A stretch of DNA of 58,070 nt, counting the filler, from Sphacelaria rigidula (lineage: Eukaryota), in the NCBI GenBank assembly GCA_964200075.2. It is 5 parts of 5 records of this genome, joined end to end, with 100 filler letters (N's around TTAATTAATTAA, not from the genome) between each part and the next. Parts side by side here need not be neighbours in the genome. Positions count along the whole stretch, not along the records: positions 1 to 11,535 come from CAXNAA020004820.1; positions 11,636 to 23,169 come from CAXNAA020004821.1; 3 more parts are not named here. The stretch is one strand, 5' to 3'. Below the pieces are notes generated by a model. That model was not told the DNA's origin, searched no databases, and saw only the letters and a list, made by a program, of their open reading frames with translations. The number at the start of each line of letters is the position of its first letter. Positions within the stretch are counted from its first letter, which is position 1. Below, piece by piece: positions 1 through 13,044 of this stretch. The position numbers and the translations under genes are program-made.

Positions 1-29
1 CGAATTTCTTCTGACCGTGTCACTAAACG

Positions 30-297
30 GCCCATTTTACGGCCAATACTTGGAGCTGGACCCTGAAATTTGGTATGGACAATGAGTAGGGCATAATAAA
101 AAAAATACTGGCGTACACAAGGTTTTTTCTTCTTTCATGAGTTAAGGGCAATAATCAGTTTTCAGATATCGGTAAAATGCCCTTAACTCATGAAAAAAAC
201 AAACTTGTGAACGCCGGCAATTTGTTTTATCATGCCCTACTCATTCTCCATACCAAATTTCAGGGTCCAGCTCCAAGTATTGGCCGTATAATCGGCC
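30..297. mobile_element. Foldback/MITE-like inverted repeat
   Basis: TACGGCCAATACTTGGAGCTGGACCCTGAAATTTGGTATGG (~38-78) pairs with CCATACCAAATTTCAGGGTCCAGCTCCAAGTATTGGCCGTA (~248-288); imperfect pairing continues to a loop at ~151-178. The core motif recurs at ~1885-1930 and 45065-45430. Confidence 0.75.
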
Positions 298-360
298 TGC
301 AAACTGCAGAATCGCTTCTCGGCTGGCCCAGCTCGTATACATTTTTGCACGAGCTCAGAC

Positions 361-494
361 CTTTTACCGTTCGGGAACCCAGTGAAAAAAAGTGTTTCTG
401 TGAATCGGCATCATTTTCAGGCATTTTCAAGTCAAAATGATGCCGATTCACATGAACACTTTTTTTCACTGGGTTCCCACAGGGATAAAAGGCC
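361..494. repeat. Near-perfect hairpin (about 45-60 bp arms)
   Basis: GGGAACCCAGTGAAAAAAAGTGTTTCTGTGAATCGGCATCATTTT (373-417) pairs with AAAATGATGCCGATTCACATGAACACTTTTTTTCACTGGGTTCCC (434-478). Confidence 0.8.
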
Positions 495-1935
495 GTTTTT
501 TTCTTTGCTTTTTTCTTGACTGAATATTTCAGATCTTGGGACATTTGACCCAGTTTTTGCCCCCAAAGAGGGAATGTCGCCATCACACGTCTAGAACATT
601 TCGGTCACCTTACCGAGAGGCATCTACCCCCACTTCTCCGATTCGCTTGGCTCCGAGGTTTTAAGGATGGCCTCTGAACAAAACCCAACTGGACATCGAC
701 AAATTGCGATGTCTGCAGGTTGCTGTAGTGATTATTCGTTAACCCTTTTGGGACCGGGCCTCAAGTACGACCAATATGGCTGGTCAGGGATGACGTGTCT
801 GGCGTCTGCACGACACAGTGGCGTGTTGCTGAAAATCCGCGTATGTAACCGCAGGGTTATGACGAAGACCGAAAGTTTCATCTAGTCTATTTTCAGGTGC
901 AGAGTGCGCATTAGATGGTGTGCATCTGATGTAGCAAGCAGTATGTGACGCGGTAGAGAGCTTCCGACAGGATGCGGCGACCGGCGGGCCGCCCGCCACT
1001 CGTGGCTTTGCATGATACGTTTGTCCCCATCACCTTGCCACACAGTCCTTTGTGGTCGGGGCGGGCCGCCATTTCCCCCTTTGTTGCATGCGGCAAATTC
1101 TCTTCGAAGGGTATCAACGTTGCGGCGCGCATGCATACTAGAGTATATATAGTACAGTACAGTGTAGTACGCCTCTCCGACTGAAGCAGCAGCTGCCGCT
1201 GCATACTCCCTTGAACGTTCTGGGCAATTCTCAGCTACCGAGATCAACTGCCTATATACCGCTCCTCCATCCCCGCTCACTACATACATGTTAACTGCAC
1301 ACTGCAAGTCATCGGCAGAGGGATAGGCAGAATTCACGACGGTAGCTCCTTTTGTCTTTCCACGGCCCACCTGGCTCTAGTACCTCGTGAAAATGACCAC
1401 ATTGTAGCATGTACACTCCTTCCCGGTTTTTTCCGGTTTACCTTGTGTTAGTATAAAGTACTACGTTTTAGTATGGAATTGGGACCCAAAAAACACTCAG
1501 GAAAAACTCGGGAACGCTGTACGAAGTGAAAGTAATACCATAAAAACAAGCGGCGACCACCCTGCACTTGGAAACTTGGGGAGGCTTATCTAGGCCAGGG
1601 ATAGGGCCTCCACACGATCTTTGCAGTGGCATCACACTCGACAAAAATCCTCGCGCTGGTCGTTCGGGTCTGGTCGATAAATTTCGCCTCGCCGTGATTG
1701 GGCAGGTCGCTCGGAGACTTGTTTTTTATTATTCCACTAACACAGGGTTGATCCTGTGTTAGTGGGGGTCCGGTCCCCAACGGGTAAATCACGGCATTAT
1801 ACTAAAACCTGAGAAGTGATTATGGCCTCCAACTCACGATTAAAAAAAGGGGTCTGCAAATAAGTTTTTGTAATTATACCCTGTTCATTGTCCATACCAA
1901 AACATTTTAGGGTCCAACTCTGAAAATTGGGGTGA

Positions 1936-2739
1936 GACCATGTCTTGGCACCTTTATTTTTCGATCAAAAAGGGCAGTCGAATTTTTCTTCTGCCGATCT
2001 GATAGGTCCACCACATTTATGTTCCTAGAATACTTCAACTCAAAATTATAATTAGCGGCGCGCGGAGAAGAATTACTCGAGGTAAAAAATAATCCTTTTT
2101 GATCGAAAGCATGCGGTCGAACGGCACGAAGCGACACTTGACTCCTATCTTACAGACCACCACGCCAGATAATCCCTGTTCACAGGACCATGCAAACTCC
2201 ATCCAAGTCATTTCTCAGCTACCACCGCAACCCTGCAGCATAGGGCACGAGTTGAGCCCAGGGATAGTTAAACTGCAGTAGCTGGGTGTACTTTTTTTAT
2301 TTTTGTTGGCGAAAACTTGCGCATCTTCTCTCATGGTAGGTACCAACGACGGAACTGCGTGGTACGGTGGGCAACCGAGTTGCGTGCACGCTCATGGAAA
2401 GTGCAGGCAGTACAAAGCTGCACGTTGCTGAGGTTCTTTCTACGTCGCATTATAAGCAAATCCTGTGCTGTCTGCACTGCGCGTTGGCCGCTTATTTTTT
2501 ATATCCTCCTGTACGAAACACGCACACACGCACTCAAGGCACTGCTTGCAAGCAGTGCAGACAGTACAGATTGTACTGCAGACGAGTGACCATGTACCGT
2601 TTCACGAATTTCCCTGTCTTTTTTCGATCGAAAGCTAGAAAAATTGTCTGGACCCAACTGCATCAAAACGAGAAAATTTTGCTCAAATCGATTCCACCGC
2701 CCCATTTTTTCAATCGAAAAAAAAAGCGAGGACACACCC
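1936..2739 (+). mobile_element. PIF/Harbinger-like MITE family A, older copy
   Basis: Colinear along its length with 7688-8509; termini degenerate and no clean target-site duplication. Confidence 0.8.
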
Positions 2740-4430
2740 GGAGAATGGGCCTGCATACTACAAATCCGCTTCTAGCCTGGCCCATCTCGTAGTGCTGGTC
2801 AGAAATTAAAATGATCATGGATGCAACAGCGAGGATCGGAGGAGGATATTCGATTGTACTCAAGTCTATGTAATCGGATTCAGGCGTTTTCCTCCCACCC
2901 GGAATCCTGTCGGTGCCCATCTTTCTTTCAGGGCCCCAAACTGCAAATCCCGCAACCGTCTGATGTTATCACCACGTGACGCAGTCCGGGCGTGTGTCGG
3001 CAAGATGTTCACACATGTTCGGTGGATCTTTGTGAGCTCCGGCACACAAGCGACCTGTATATATCGTTGGATCTTCCGGGTCCTCGGCGCTCGGGCCAAA
3101 TAGAAGGGGGCTACAGTCCCTTGGTCGTTTCGGCCTTTTTTGGTGGGGTGTAGTTTAATCGAAAATGGCCGTGACTTCTCTCGGCGCATCTTCTACTGAG
3201 CCGGCGGTACGGTCACCACTTCACAAAAAAGGGTCAACAGGTGAATAAAAAAGGGTAAGAGAGAGCAGAGGGCAGGGTGTACCCTCCTGGTTTGTTTAGG
3301 AAAAAGGGTACTCTCACAGACTCTCATTTTCGGCGCCGTACTTGAGCCTAGGTTCACTTGTGAAAGTGAAACAAATTGTTGGGCATGCTGCCCAGACACG
3401 CCGGGTGTGGGGCTAAGGCGCTGGAGCGTGTTTTCGAGATGTTCAGCCCGCGTGCAGCGCCGCGCCCTAAAGCTAAACATGCGTTACCCTTTTTTGTTCA
3501 AAGCACCTGGGTTTCCCTTTTTTGCCTATTGCCCAAAAAAAAAACTAGGGATGACCTTCGCACGTCCTCAACCTCGCCTCGACTCATAAAAATATGTACA
3601 GGATAGATAAATGTTTTGCACTGATTCGTCCTATTATGCGCTTGCGATTCTCCATGTCAAACTAATTTCGGAATACAATCATCAAAGCTGAGCTGCTACT
3701 GACTGCACATTGCAACAATATACTCGTACAACGCTGTTTGTATTGATAGACTGGCCCAGGCTGTAGTTGGGTTGACTCGCCTGAAAAGCGGACAGTTCCC
3801 GGGGAATTTGAAAATTGTGCTTATACTCGTTCAAGTACTAATTTCAAGACAATGCTTGAATAAGCTGACCCCCTTATACAGTAGTTATTATAGTAGTGCC
3901 CACATGGTGCGGAGTTTTTGGACTGTTCCTTGATGCCATCACATGTCGGCGGTGCCGCTAGATGTTACATGCATTCGCTCCATGAGATACGGCGAGTGCT
4001 GAACGCAGCATCGGTACGGAGATTCACATCACAGGCAAGCCTGACTCGCAACAGCACGGCTTTGTCCTCCTGCCTGCCTAGGCTCTGCCTCGTTTTTGGA
4101 ACACAGAAGGTCACTCAAGCATTCTCTAATACTTTTTGCGCACAGTGTAGTTACCACCTACCACAGTGATCACACAGGAGAACACAGTAAGCTCCGAGGG
4201 TAAATATCTCACCCATGATACGTGCCGATCATCGTTCTCTCGAGCGCCTCTAAACGATCAGAAGCGATATACCGTCGTACCGTAACGTATGGTATGCTGC
4301 ACTTGTGACCTTGGTTGTGACAATAATCAAAATGTGGAAAACAATGATTTTATCGTAAGATGAAGATATTAGATGATGACCAGACCTTCAATATAGGAGG
4401 ATCAACCCTCCGTTCCGTTCAATTCCAGCA

Positions 4431-4947
4431 ATGTATTCTGGAACGCGGACTGGACAGGTAACGTCACACGCGACCACCTCTAACGACATGAGCCATCCAC
4501 CAAACCACCAGTATGCCCACCAACTCGATGCCAAGGGTGGTGGTGGCGGTGTCGCCGGTGGTGGCGGTGGCGGCGGGCTGTCAATGTTGCCCCGCCCAGG
4601 AGGTGCCGGCGCTGAAGAAGTGACAGCTCTCACTTTGGACGAAATGGATCGCGTCGCGCGAAAGCTGGAAGAGTTCGCGAGATTGCATCCTGATAGGGTG
4701 ATTGGAACCGGGTGCGCTTCGGATGATGCTTGTCGAAAATGACACGGTGGTGTGGAGAGTGATGGCCGGAATCCGGTCTGCGGCTGAAAATGTAGGTATA
4801 ATAGGACCCAATTCCACGCCCTTGGTACTGAAGGATGAAAGGGACGTCGAACAGTTCGAACTCATTTCGTTTTTACTTGTTGAAGTTGAACGTGGATTCT
4901 GTTGTACCTCCTTTAGCTGCCGAAGCGTGGTAGCCACGGGAGTTTAG
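4431..4947 (+). pseudogene. Possible frameshifted coding remnant of unknown function
   Basis: Gly-rich ORF 4431-4742 (LTLDEMDRVARKLEEFARLHPD) overlaps a protein-like ORF 4702-4947 in another frame; no family recognised. Confidence 0.25.
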
Positions 4948-5462
4948 CTGAATGGAGTTCGTCTTGACGCCAGTTCTTGTTGTACAGATTGTGACGCAAC
5001 AACAAACTCTTGTGTACCGCGTGTTGGAGGGTTTCCCCTCACTCCCCCGCGGCTCTCAGACAGAACCGACCACAAACTTGAGCGTACGAACGAAGCGAAT
5101 TTCGGAAATTTAAGAAATTGAGAAAGAAAAAGAAGCATTTGTCCGTTCACTTCACTTCAACCGCGCGATGCCATAAGGCCTGGTCTTATCGAGCCCATAA
5201 ATGGTGACGCATTGTAGTACTCGTGGTGAGGATGTTTCTAGCGATTCTCGTTTTCTTCTTCTCTTCTTATCGTTCGTGTTGATGGATGCTCCATAATCAT
5301 CGCCCCCGAAATCATTCTCACAAAAGAATTATCATATTTGAGCGGTGATTCTTGTGAGAATAGAGGAACGATCCGATGAGAACACGAAAGAGAAGGTGAA
5401 TTAGTGACCACTCTTGGACTGTTCGGCTCATCATGCTGACTTTCCTATCAGAGCGTGTCTGA

Positions 5463-6400
5463 GGGCGTGCCTTGGCGCATCATATTTTGATCTAAAAAGT
5501 CTGGTGGAAAACAATGATTCCGATCTGATAGGTCGTGGTTTCAACGATCGTGAACAGAAATTACGATCGTTGAAATCACAACCTATCAGGCGGCGTCTTA
5601 TCAGAAGTGATCATCACTTGTAAAAAATCACTTTCGTAAAAAACGAACGATGATTGGTTGCTGCGATACCACCCCCTCCAAAAAGTGCCAAAAAATCACT
5701 TCTGTAGAAGTGATTTTGTGACACCTCGAACGGGAACATACAACATCCCGTTGACAGGGGCATAACCGAAGTCTTGACAGACAAGTCAACACAATCAAAC
5801 GTGAACCTGATAATTGCATTAGCCTCTCAAACCAAACCACACCGCTCCATTCGTTGCTGCTCGCTGTGCGTGACCTTGTTCAAATCGGTTCAGACTTCAG
5901 TGAGAAATGATGATTTGCGTGAGACGCGCGCACAGCACACGCTCAAAAACAGTCAGCAACAGCACGTTTTGGGTTGCTGGTTGACACGCAAGCGGCCGCC
6001 TTTCATCTAATACTGGACGGGTTTCCGTCAAACAAAAGCTGTCGTGTGTACATGATCAAGAGCTAGCGCTTGAGCTAATGCGTGTGAGTGGTGAATACCT
6101 ATCCATTTGTTTTCGTGGCTAGGTGTGTCGGCGCTGTGTTACCTCTTTGCGTCTTGTCCGCAGCAGTACAGACATTTCCAGAACCGCCGCATTTTTTACC
6201 TGTGCGCAGATCTGGGCTTCGATCTGAACGAAACTGCCTGTCGATAAGACACAGCACTGGTCGTTGTGCGGGCAATCACTTCTCCAAAATTGATTTTTCG
6301 AAAAGTGATGATCACTTCTGATAAGACGCCGCCTCAGATCAGACATTCCCTTTTCCGCCGCACATTTTCAATCTAAAAGCAATGTGCTAAGGGTGTGTCT
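5463..6400. mobile_element. Small foldback element interrupted by the 5589-6333 insertion
   Basis: Removing 5589-6333 and one TCA restores the palindrome GATCTGATAGGTCGTGGTTTCAACGATCGT...ACGATCGTTGAAATCACAACCTATCAGATC; outer arms pair imperfectly. Confidence 0.65.
5589..6333 (+). mobile_element. MITE family B, Harbinger-like (3-bp TNA TSD)
   Basis: Perfect 31-bp TIR GGCGGCGTCTTATCAGAAGTGATCATCACTT; TCA duplicated at 5586-5588 and 6334-6336; inverted copy at 47179-47965. Confidence 0.9.
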
Positions 6401-7687
6401 TATGCCGCTTCTTATAGGCTGAAAAAGGGCACTGAAAACAGTTCGGGCGGACGACTTCGCTCGGTGACTTTTTTCAGCAAAGCCAGTTTTCAAAGTCCCA
6501 CTTTACAGTGTCGTATGGAAAATTCCAGGGGGTTCGTACATCCAAGGCCATCATCTACCCTGCGTGCAGATGGTGTGGTGACGGTCATTATCTGCATGTT
6601 AAACGGTAAACTACCCGTAATCTCGCCCAAGTAACGGATATATGGGATGGCAACACAACACACAACACACACAAATAGTAGCTACTGGTATAGTAGGGAT
6701 TGAAACGGCAGGCGTATCAACCCTTACTTCAGCCGACCGCCGGTTGATACATAGCTAGAGCTCGGAAATGGTACCAGTTGTAACGTTATAACTACTACCA
6801 TGTATAGAGCTCGAAAATGGTTTGTCTAACCATCAACCAGTTGAAAGGTCACGCGTAGCACACTCATTAACCAGTTAAATGGTACATAATGGTTTGGTCA
6901 TCGAGCGGCGCAGCCGCAAGCCAAAAAGAGGGGCCCCCACCGGAGGCGCCCCCGGAGGGCCCTGCTGGAGGCGCCATGCGGAAGGTACGTTGTTACGTGA
7001 TTTGGCTTCAAGAGAGTTTAAAAACGTCAAATTTGGGCCAATTTTCAAATACTGCATGTAGGATACGTAGCCGGTAACGGTAAATAATTATTTGGCATCA
7101 ATATCCCAATTTTTCATATAACCATTACCATTATTACCATTATAATGATAATAGTCAGTGTCGCACACGGTGCAGTGTGCAGTAGTACGGGTTGTGCCAT
7201 ACCGCACGCAACACAGCCAAGTGACATAGCAACAGTCTTGGTGCACAGAATACGACAGAGTTCGCAATCGCTGGCGGGCACGACGAGTATGGAACGATAC
7301 GAGCAGTCAACACAGCGAGTCTGGGCTACACTGTTCCATTTCATAGTAGGAGCGCTGCCGGCGAAGAAAGTATTGTACTGCACTGTCCCTGGTTCTACGG
7401 TCATGAAGAGGATGGAGTACTACCGCAGCTATGCTGCTGCTCCGGTACTGTACTACACTTTTATGCGAGGTGTGTGTGGTGGAACGTCACTTTCCAGACA
7501 GTTTGACCTCACTGAGAACTGACGGCTTTTCTCAGCGAGATTTTTCCACATCTCGCTGTCTTGGAACGCCTCGCAGTTTCCAGAGACTTTTTTTAATGAA
7601 AAATGGCCCTAACAAGATTACGTTCTGAAAAAGTCTCTGGAAACTGACCAAAAACGACCGTTTTCAGTTCTAAAAGAAGCGGCCTTA

Positions 7688-8509
7688 GGGCCTGTCTTCG
7701 CACCTTTTTTTTTCGATCGAAAAAGTGCGGTCGATTTTTTTTGCCGATCTGATGGTTCCACCGCATTTATGTTCCTAGAAGTCTTCAACTCAAAATTGTA
7801 ATTAGCGGCGTGCGGAGAAGAATGCAACGAGGGAAAAGAACATTTTTTTTCGATCGAAAACATGCAGTCGAAAGGCACAAAGCGGCACTTGACTCCTATC
7901 TTACAGACCACCACGCCAAATTACACCTGTCCACAGGACCATGCAAACTCCATCCAACTCATTCTCAGTTACCACCGCAACCCTGCAGCATAGAGCACGA
8001 GTTGAGCACAGGGATGGATACACTACAGTAGTTGGGTGTGCTTTGTTTATTTTTTGTTGGCGAAAACTTGCGCATCCTCTCTCATGGTAGGCATCAGGGA
8101 CGGAACTGCGTGGTACGATAGGCAACCGAGTTGTGTGCACGCTCATGGGCAGTGCAGGCAGTACAAAGCTGCACGTTGCTGAGGTTCCTTTTACGTCGCA
8201 TTGTAAGCAGAGAGAACTGATAGTTCTGGGCTGTCTGCACTGCACGTTGTCCGCTTCTCCTTTATATCCTCCTACACGAAAGACGCACACACGCACTCAA
8301 GACACCCTGCTTCCAAGCAGTGCAAACAGTACAGACAGCCTGTACTCTACACGAGTGAAACTGTACCGTTTTACGAATTTCACTGTCTTTTTTGGATCGA
8401 AAGCTTGAAAATCCATCTTCACCCAACTGCATCGAAACAAGAACTTTTCGCTCAGTTCGATTCCACCGCCCCATTTTTTCGATCGAAAAAAAAGTGCTGA
8501 GACAGGCCC
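7688..8509 (+). mobile_element. PIF/Harbinger (Tourist-like) MITE family A, complete copy
   Basis: TIRs GGGCCTGTCTTCGCAC...TTCGATCGAAAAA and TTTTTCGATCGAA...GTGCTGAGACAGGCCC; TTA TSD at 7685-7687 and 8510-8512; no transposase ORF. Confidence 0.9.
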
Positions 8510-9409
8510 TTAGGCTACTTCTTATGTATCGAAAAGTAAACGTTGTTGAAAAGTGTTTTTTTGGCCCTTCTCGATCGTTTTTATCCCCAAAAAGAGGGCT
8601 CGGCGGATGTGGACAGCCCACAAAAAACCCTCCGACACCCTATGTACCCCCCCCCCCTCCGGCGGTCGTGGGATTTATTTTATTTTATAGTAAGAAACAC
8701 TCAACAAATAGCCATTTTAGGGCGAATTCGGTGAGGTAGCGCCCGTGACTGTTGGCCCTATTTGCCACCACAACATTGGACGCAAATTGGCGGTGCAGAT
8801 AGATGCGTTATGCTCGATTGAGCAAGCATTGCAGATCATTGTGGTACTTGTCTGGTCTTGTTCTTGTCGTGGAAGTGTGATGTGCAATGTAGTGCCGAAA
8901 ATCATGAAAATAACTTGGCCTTGGCTCCGAAGGTATGCGAAGAATTAAATCTTTATTTACATGAATTTTTATTCTTTATATATACTTTTATTTTTATTAT
9001 TTTATTATTTTATTTATTATTTATGTATGAGATTTAGTAAACCCCCCCCCCCCCCCCCCCCTCCCCCCCCCTACACAATACCNNNNNNNNNNATTTTTGT
9101 GTGTTGATCAATCTTTTTTTTTTTTTGTTTTTTTATTTTATTTGTTTTTTTATGGGAGAGTTTGGATTCCCCCCCCCCCCCCCCGAAAACACGTGGGATT
9201 GAAAAAATCGGCATAGGGCGTCGCAGTTTTTTGGGGGCACTCCTGGTTTCCACCCTGTTTCTCGATAACTCGACCGTTTGTTATTGAAAATGAATTTTTG
9301 GCCAAGAACGAAACTATGACCTACAGTGAACGCAAAGGTGCTCTGGAACGGTCTCAGCGAGTAGAGCAAGTCATTTCAAGGTGTCCACATCCACACTTCT
9401 CCAAAGTGC

Positions 9410-9543
9410 TGATTTGAGCAAATTCGATCGTGTTTGTTGGGTTCGATCCAGGCAAATTTTCAAGCTTTCGATCGAAAAAAGGCGGTGAAATTCGTGAAAC
9501 GGTACTTGGTCCCTTGTGTACAGTACCGACAGTCTGCACTGCT
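9410..9543 (-). mobile_element. Fragment of MITE family A, inverted
   Basis: Reverse-complement match to ~2550-2690 (AGCAGTGCAGAC...GTACCGTTTCACGAATTTC...TTCGATCGAAAGCT). Confidence 0.7.
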
Positions 9544-10409
9544 ATGCCCGTGAAAGGGGCCTGACAGGAGACAACCTTGAGCTTACTTCTCCTATGAAGG
9601 TTTACTCGTTTTCATTGAGCTGAAGCAATGCGCGTCGCAGAACTTCGGAATGACGAGACGTGAGGAGTCCAAAAAAGTTGTCGAAAGTCGATGTGTTGCC
9701 GCTTGTATAGATTTATTATGCTACTGTACTGGAGGTTCCCAGAAGTTAACACAAAAACAATCTATAAACGAAGATCAAACCGAAAAGTGGCCTAAAACCG
9801 CAGAACAGGGTCTCTGGGTAAGACGAAGGAGAAGAAGAAGTGAACTTCGAGGGGGCTTGCGTCGACGCTCAATCGCATCCTGCTCGCCTTTGACCCTTTT
9901 GTTTTTTCGCACACACTTGAACCCAAATCTGTGACTCTACCCTTTGAAGAATCGTTCTACTCGGGAGTAACCCACAGGTTTTTATCTCTTGCATGCCCTT
10001 AAAACACAAAAGCTCAAAATATCGTATCTTGCTTTCTTGTATTTTCCAGGGATGTGCACGGATTCAGAATAAATCCGCGGAGCGGATTATTACGGTGCGG
10101 TTTGTAATCCGCACTGCCCCGTGGCATTTGTAGGGAGCGGATGTCCGCTCCATGATAATCCGTGATTTTTCCCACTGGCGGATATCCGCTCCGCTCCGTA
10201 CCATATTCGAAAAATTCGCTCCGCACCGTGACATTTTCATTGGCGGATATCCGCTCCGCAATAATCCGTCAATTACCCGATGTACGGATATCCGCTCCGT
10301 TCCGTGACAAATGAAAAAAAACTCTCCGCTCCGTACAGTTTACAGCTGCGCGATGGGAATCGTGAAACGCGGTTTTCTACGGTGCGGTTTTATCCACTCC
10401 GTAGGTGAT

Positions 10410-10900
10410 CCGTGCGTTCTCCGTGGCATAACTTACGCATCGAACCGCTGGAAAGCCACGGATTTCCACGGACGAATTTGTTTCGAATGCCGGATAGCTT
10501 GGAATTCGAAGTATAAAAATATCGTTCTGGATAAGCAATTCGCCGATACGGTTCTGAAAGTCTGCACTCCGTACTTTATCCGTGCGTTCTCTGTAGCATA
10601 TCTCAGATCAAACCGCTGAAAAGCCAAGAAATTCCACGGACGAAATTGTTCTGGATGCCGGATAACGTGAAATTCGAAGTGCAAAAGGTATATTTCTGTA
10701 TAAGCAAGTCGCCGATATGGTTCTGAAATCGTGCTCCGTACCTCACCCGTGCGTTCTCCGTAGCATCACCCAGATCAAACCGCTGAAAAGCCACGAAATC
10801 CCACGGACAAAATTGTTCCGAATGCCGGGTAAGTTGGAATTTGAAGTAATTTTTTTTTGTTTTGGATAGGCACTTCGCTTAATACGGTTCTGAAGTTCTG
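10410..10900 (+). repeat. Three diverged tandem units of ~168-170 bp
   Basis: Units begin CCGTGCGTTCTC at ~10410, ~10580 and ~10747 and align over their whole length. Confidence 0.9.
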
Positions 10901-10930
10901 CTGTGAATATGCAAACCGCCCCTTGCACGG

Positions 10931-10931
<1 letters not shown>

Positions 10932-10967
<36 letters not shown>
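10932..10967 (+). repeat. (CA)n microsatellite
   Basis: Direct read. Confidence 0.95.
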
Positions 10968-10970
<3 letters not shown>

Positions 10971-11535
10971 GACGAGCGTGCGCCTCAAGCTGGAAAGCGT
11001 AATTCGAACTTGGTGGCGGTGCGCGAACCTCGGATGGTTGATACCATGGATTCCAATACCGAACATAGCGCCGAGCACTCTCCTACTTCAGAGGCCATGT
11101 AATATTCAATGTTCTCAACCGATTTTTTAATTTTTTATTCGGGGATTCGACGTTACATGTGCGCTATTTAATCCGCCGTCCCCCCTGTCCAGCAGCTGGA
11201 AGTCCCAGCAAAACAACTCCTTTTGTACTTTTTGGTATTTATCCGCGGGTGTCCATACAATTTTTGCGGATAACGATATCGTTTTCACGGATTACTGCGA
11301 CGGTGCACCGTGGAGAATCGCCGCGGTTTGTGCGGTTTATTCCACGGAGGGGGGCAAACTGCCCCGTAAAAAAACCCGTGCCACGGACATCCGCTCCGCA
11401 ATAATCCGTGCATTTGTAGCGGGCGGATATTCGCTCGGTGACAATCCGTGATTTTTCCCACTGACGGATATCCGCTCCGTACCATATTCGAAAAATCTGC
11501 TCCTCACCGTAACATTTTCGTCGGTGGATATCCGC

Positions 11536-11635
11536 NNNNNNNNNNNNNNNNNNNNNNNNNNNNNNNNNNNNNNNNNNNNTTAATTAATTAANNNNNNNNN
11601 NNNNNNNNNNNNNNNNNNNNNNNNNNNNNNNNNNN
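11536..11635. other. Artificial scaffold spacer
   Basis: N44-TTAATTAATTAA-N44, 100 bp, with stops in all six frames. Confidence 0.99.
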
Positions 11636-11759
11636 GATAATGACCACACACGAGGGAGATAGTGTTGAAATTGGAGAGGGGGGGGGGGGGGGGGGGGGGG
11701 GAGGGGGATAATGACAAAGTAGAGGTAGAGACGTTTGTTGATTTCGAACATACTGGGGG

Positions 11760-12517
11760 GTCACCGCTTACAGCGTGAACAAGGTATTATTCGAAACCTT
11801 TTCTCACAGTATGATACTAACCCAGCAAGTAACCCGGAAAAGTGGTCACATTGAGGTGTACTTGAGCACGCTTTGGACAACTGCAGGTACGGCTTTAGAA
11901 AGAGTATAGATCCGTCCTTCGTACGGGTGTCTGGTTGGTCAAGATAGCAGAATACCCTGCAGATACACCAAGGGGTGCCATATTTCTCAGTCCAGGTACC
12001 ACCACCAAAAATGTTGAAGTCCATATTTGGGGAGGCGAGAGACGGTTGCCCATACCGAAGTAATAATACCACCAAATCTCGTTGAACTTTTGGTTATGAC
12101 TTTGTTTCTCATGTTGATCGTATGTTTCTGGAGTCGGGGCAACGACGTACACTGTTTTCGAAATATTGGTATGATTTGACTGCAGGTCGAGAAAAACGGA
12201 GTTATGTGGTGTTCAAAAAAGGCCATTTATACGGCTGATTTTGGAGTAACCCGGAGATCGCGCTCCACCCTATAGAAGAGTACATAGCACATGAAGGTTC
12301 ACGGGTCTAGGTATTGATAATCAATCCCGTGGCTAATGTAGCTGCTTGGAAAGGACTTCATAAAAAAAATGCCGTGGTCATCGGCAAATGCCCGAAACGT
12401 TTCCATGAGGCCAGAAAGGGGTGGGTGGTACGAACGAGGAGAGGAGGGGGTTGGACTGAGAGATATGTACCACCCCTCAGGTACACCCCAGATTGTCAAT
12501 TTCTTCCCACACCCCAA
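11760..12517 (-). pseudogene. Decayed gene, paralog of 13045-13933; candidate TET/JBP-like 2OG-Fe(II) dioxygenase
   Basis: Across stops and frameshifts it reads RDLR...PFF...QIWTSTF...RVFCYLDQPD...PKRAQVHLNV...YLVHAV and aligns to the plus-strand copy with many third-position changes. The HxD His appears mutated (TAT versus CAT). Confidence 0.45.
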
Positions 12518-13044
12518 ACCTGCACCGTCTCAACATAGCGACAGCAGCGCCTGAGAGTGGTGAGCGACAACTACGGGAGATCGTTCGACAATGACGGGAA
12601 CGAAGAAGGCAGCAAGCTGTCACCGCCGAAAGTGTTAGAATCACGTCTCTTGACCACTGTCTGTCTCGCTCTCCTCGTACCCCGCCAATGCAAAGTGTAA
12701 GAGCCGCTTCCCCCTTCCCCTTCGTGGCCATCTCTGGTCTCACATGACCCCTACCCGTAGACAGCATCCCGACTTTCCGAGACAAAAGAGTTTGTGCCGA
12801 GCGAAGCCCACATTTTTATCGTCAACGCAAGCATAGCAAGAAGTTAAAAATACCTGTTGGATTGTTGCCGTGTTGAGGACGACCGTACGCGCGCGCGTAC
12901 CGACAGCTGGGCTTGATATCGAGAAAACACGCAACCAACATGCAACAGTGATGCTATCGTGTATGTGGTAACGACGACCGAGACGCTGGGTACAATACTG
13001 TTACAATGGGGTTCCCACTTTCATCCTGTACAGTGCAAGCATAA

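Larger units (their letters stand above)
10047..11535 (+). mobile_element. hAT-like non-autonomous element with subterminal repeats, truncated by scaffold end
   Basis: Starts CAGGGATG (Ac-like terminus); many CGGATATCCGCTCCG motifs; ~10120-10260 is repeated at ~11405-11535; right end and TSD not visible. Confidence 0.55.

Noticed and set aside
882-1370. 162-aa ORF as a MULE-type transposase N-terminus
   Set aside because: Only a vague resemblance, with no catalytic motifs or supporting splice structure.
6694-7110. hAT element starting TAGGGATTGAAACGG
   Set aside because: No convincing matching right TIR or 8-bp TSD found.
10410-10900. Regularly spaced repeats as a CRISPR-like array
   Set aside because: Whole ~168-bp units are homologous, with no unique spacers and no cas-like ORF.
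11580-11591. TTAATTAATTAA recurring at exact 11,634-bp intervals as a biological periodic signal
   Set aside because: Always embedded in N44 flanks; it is a synthetic six-frame stop linker.
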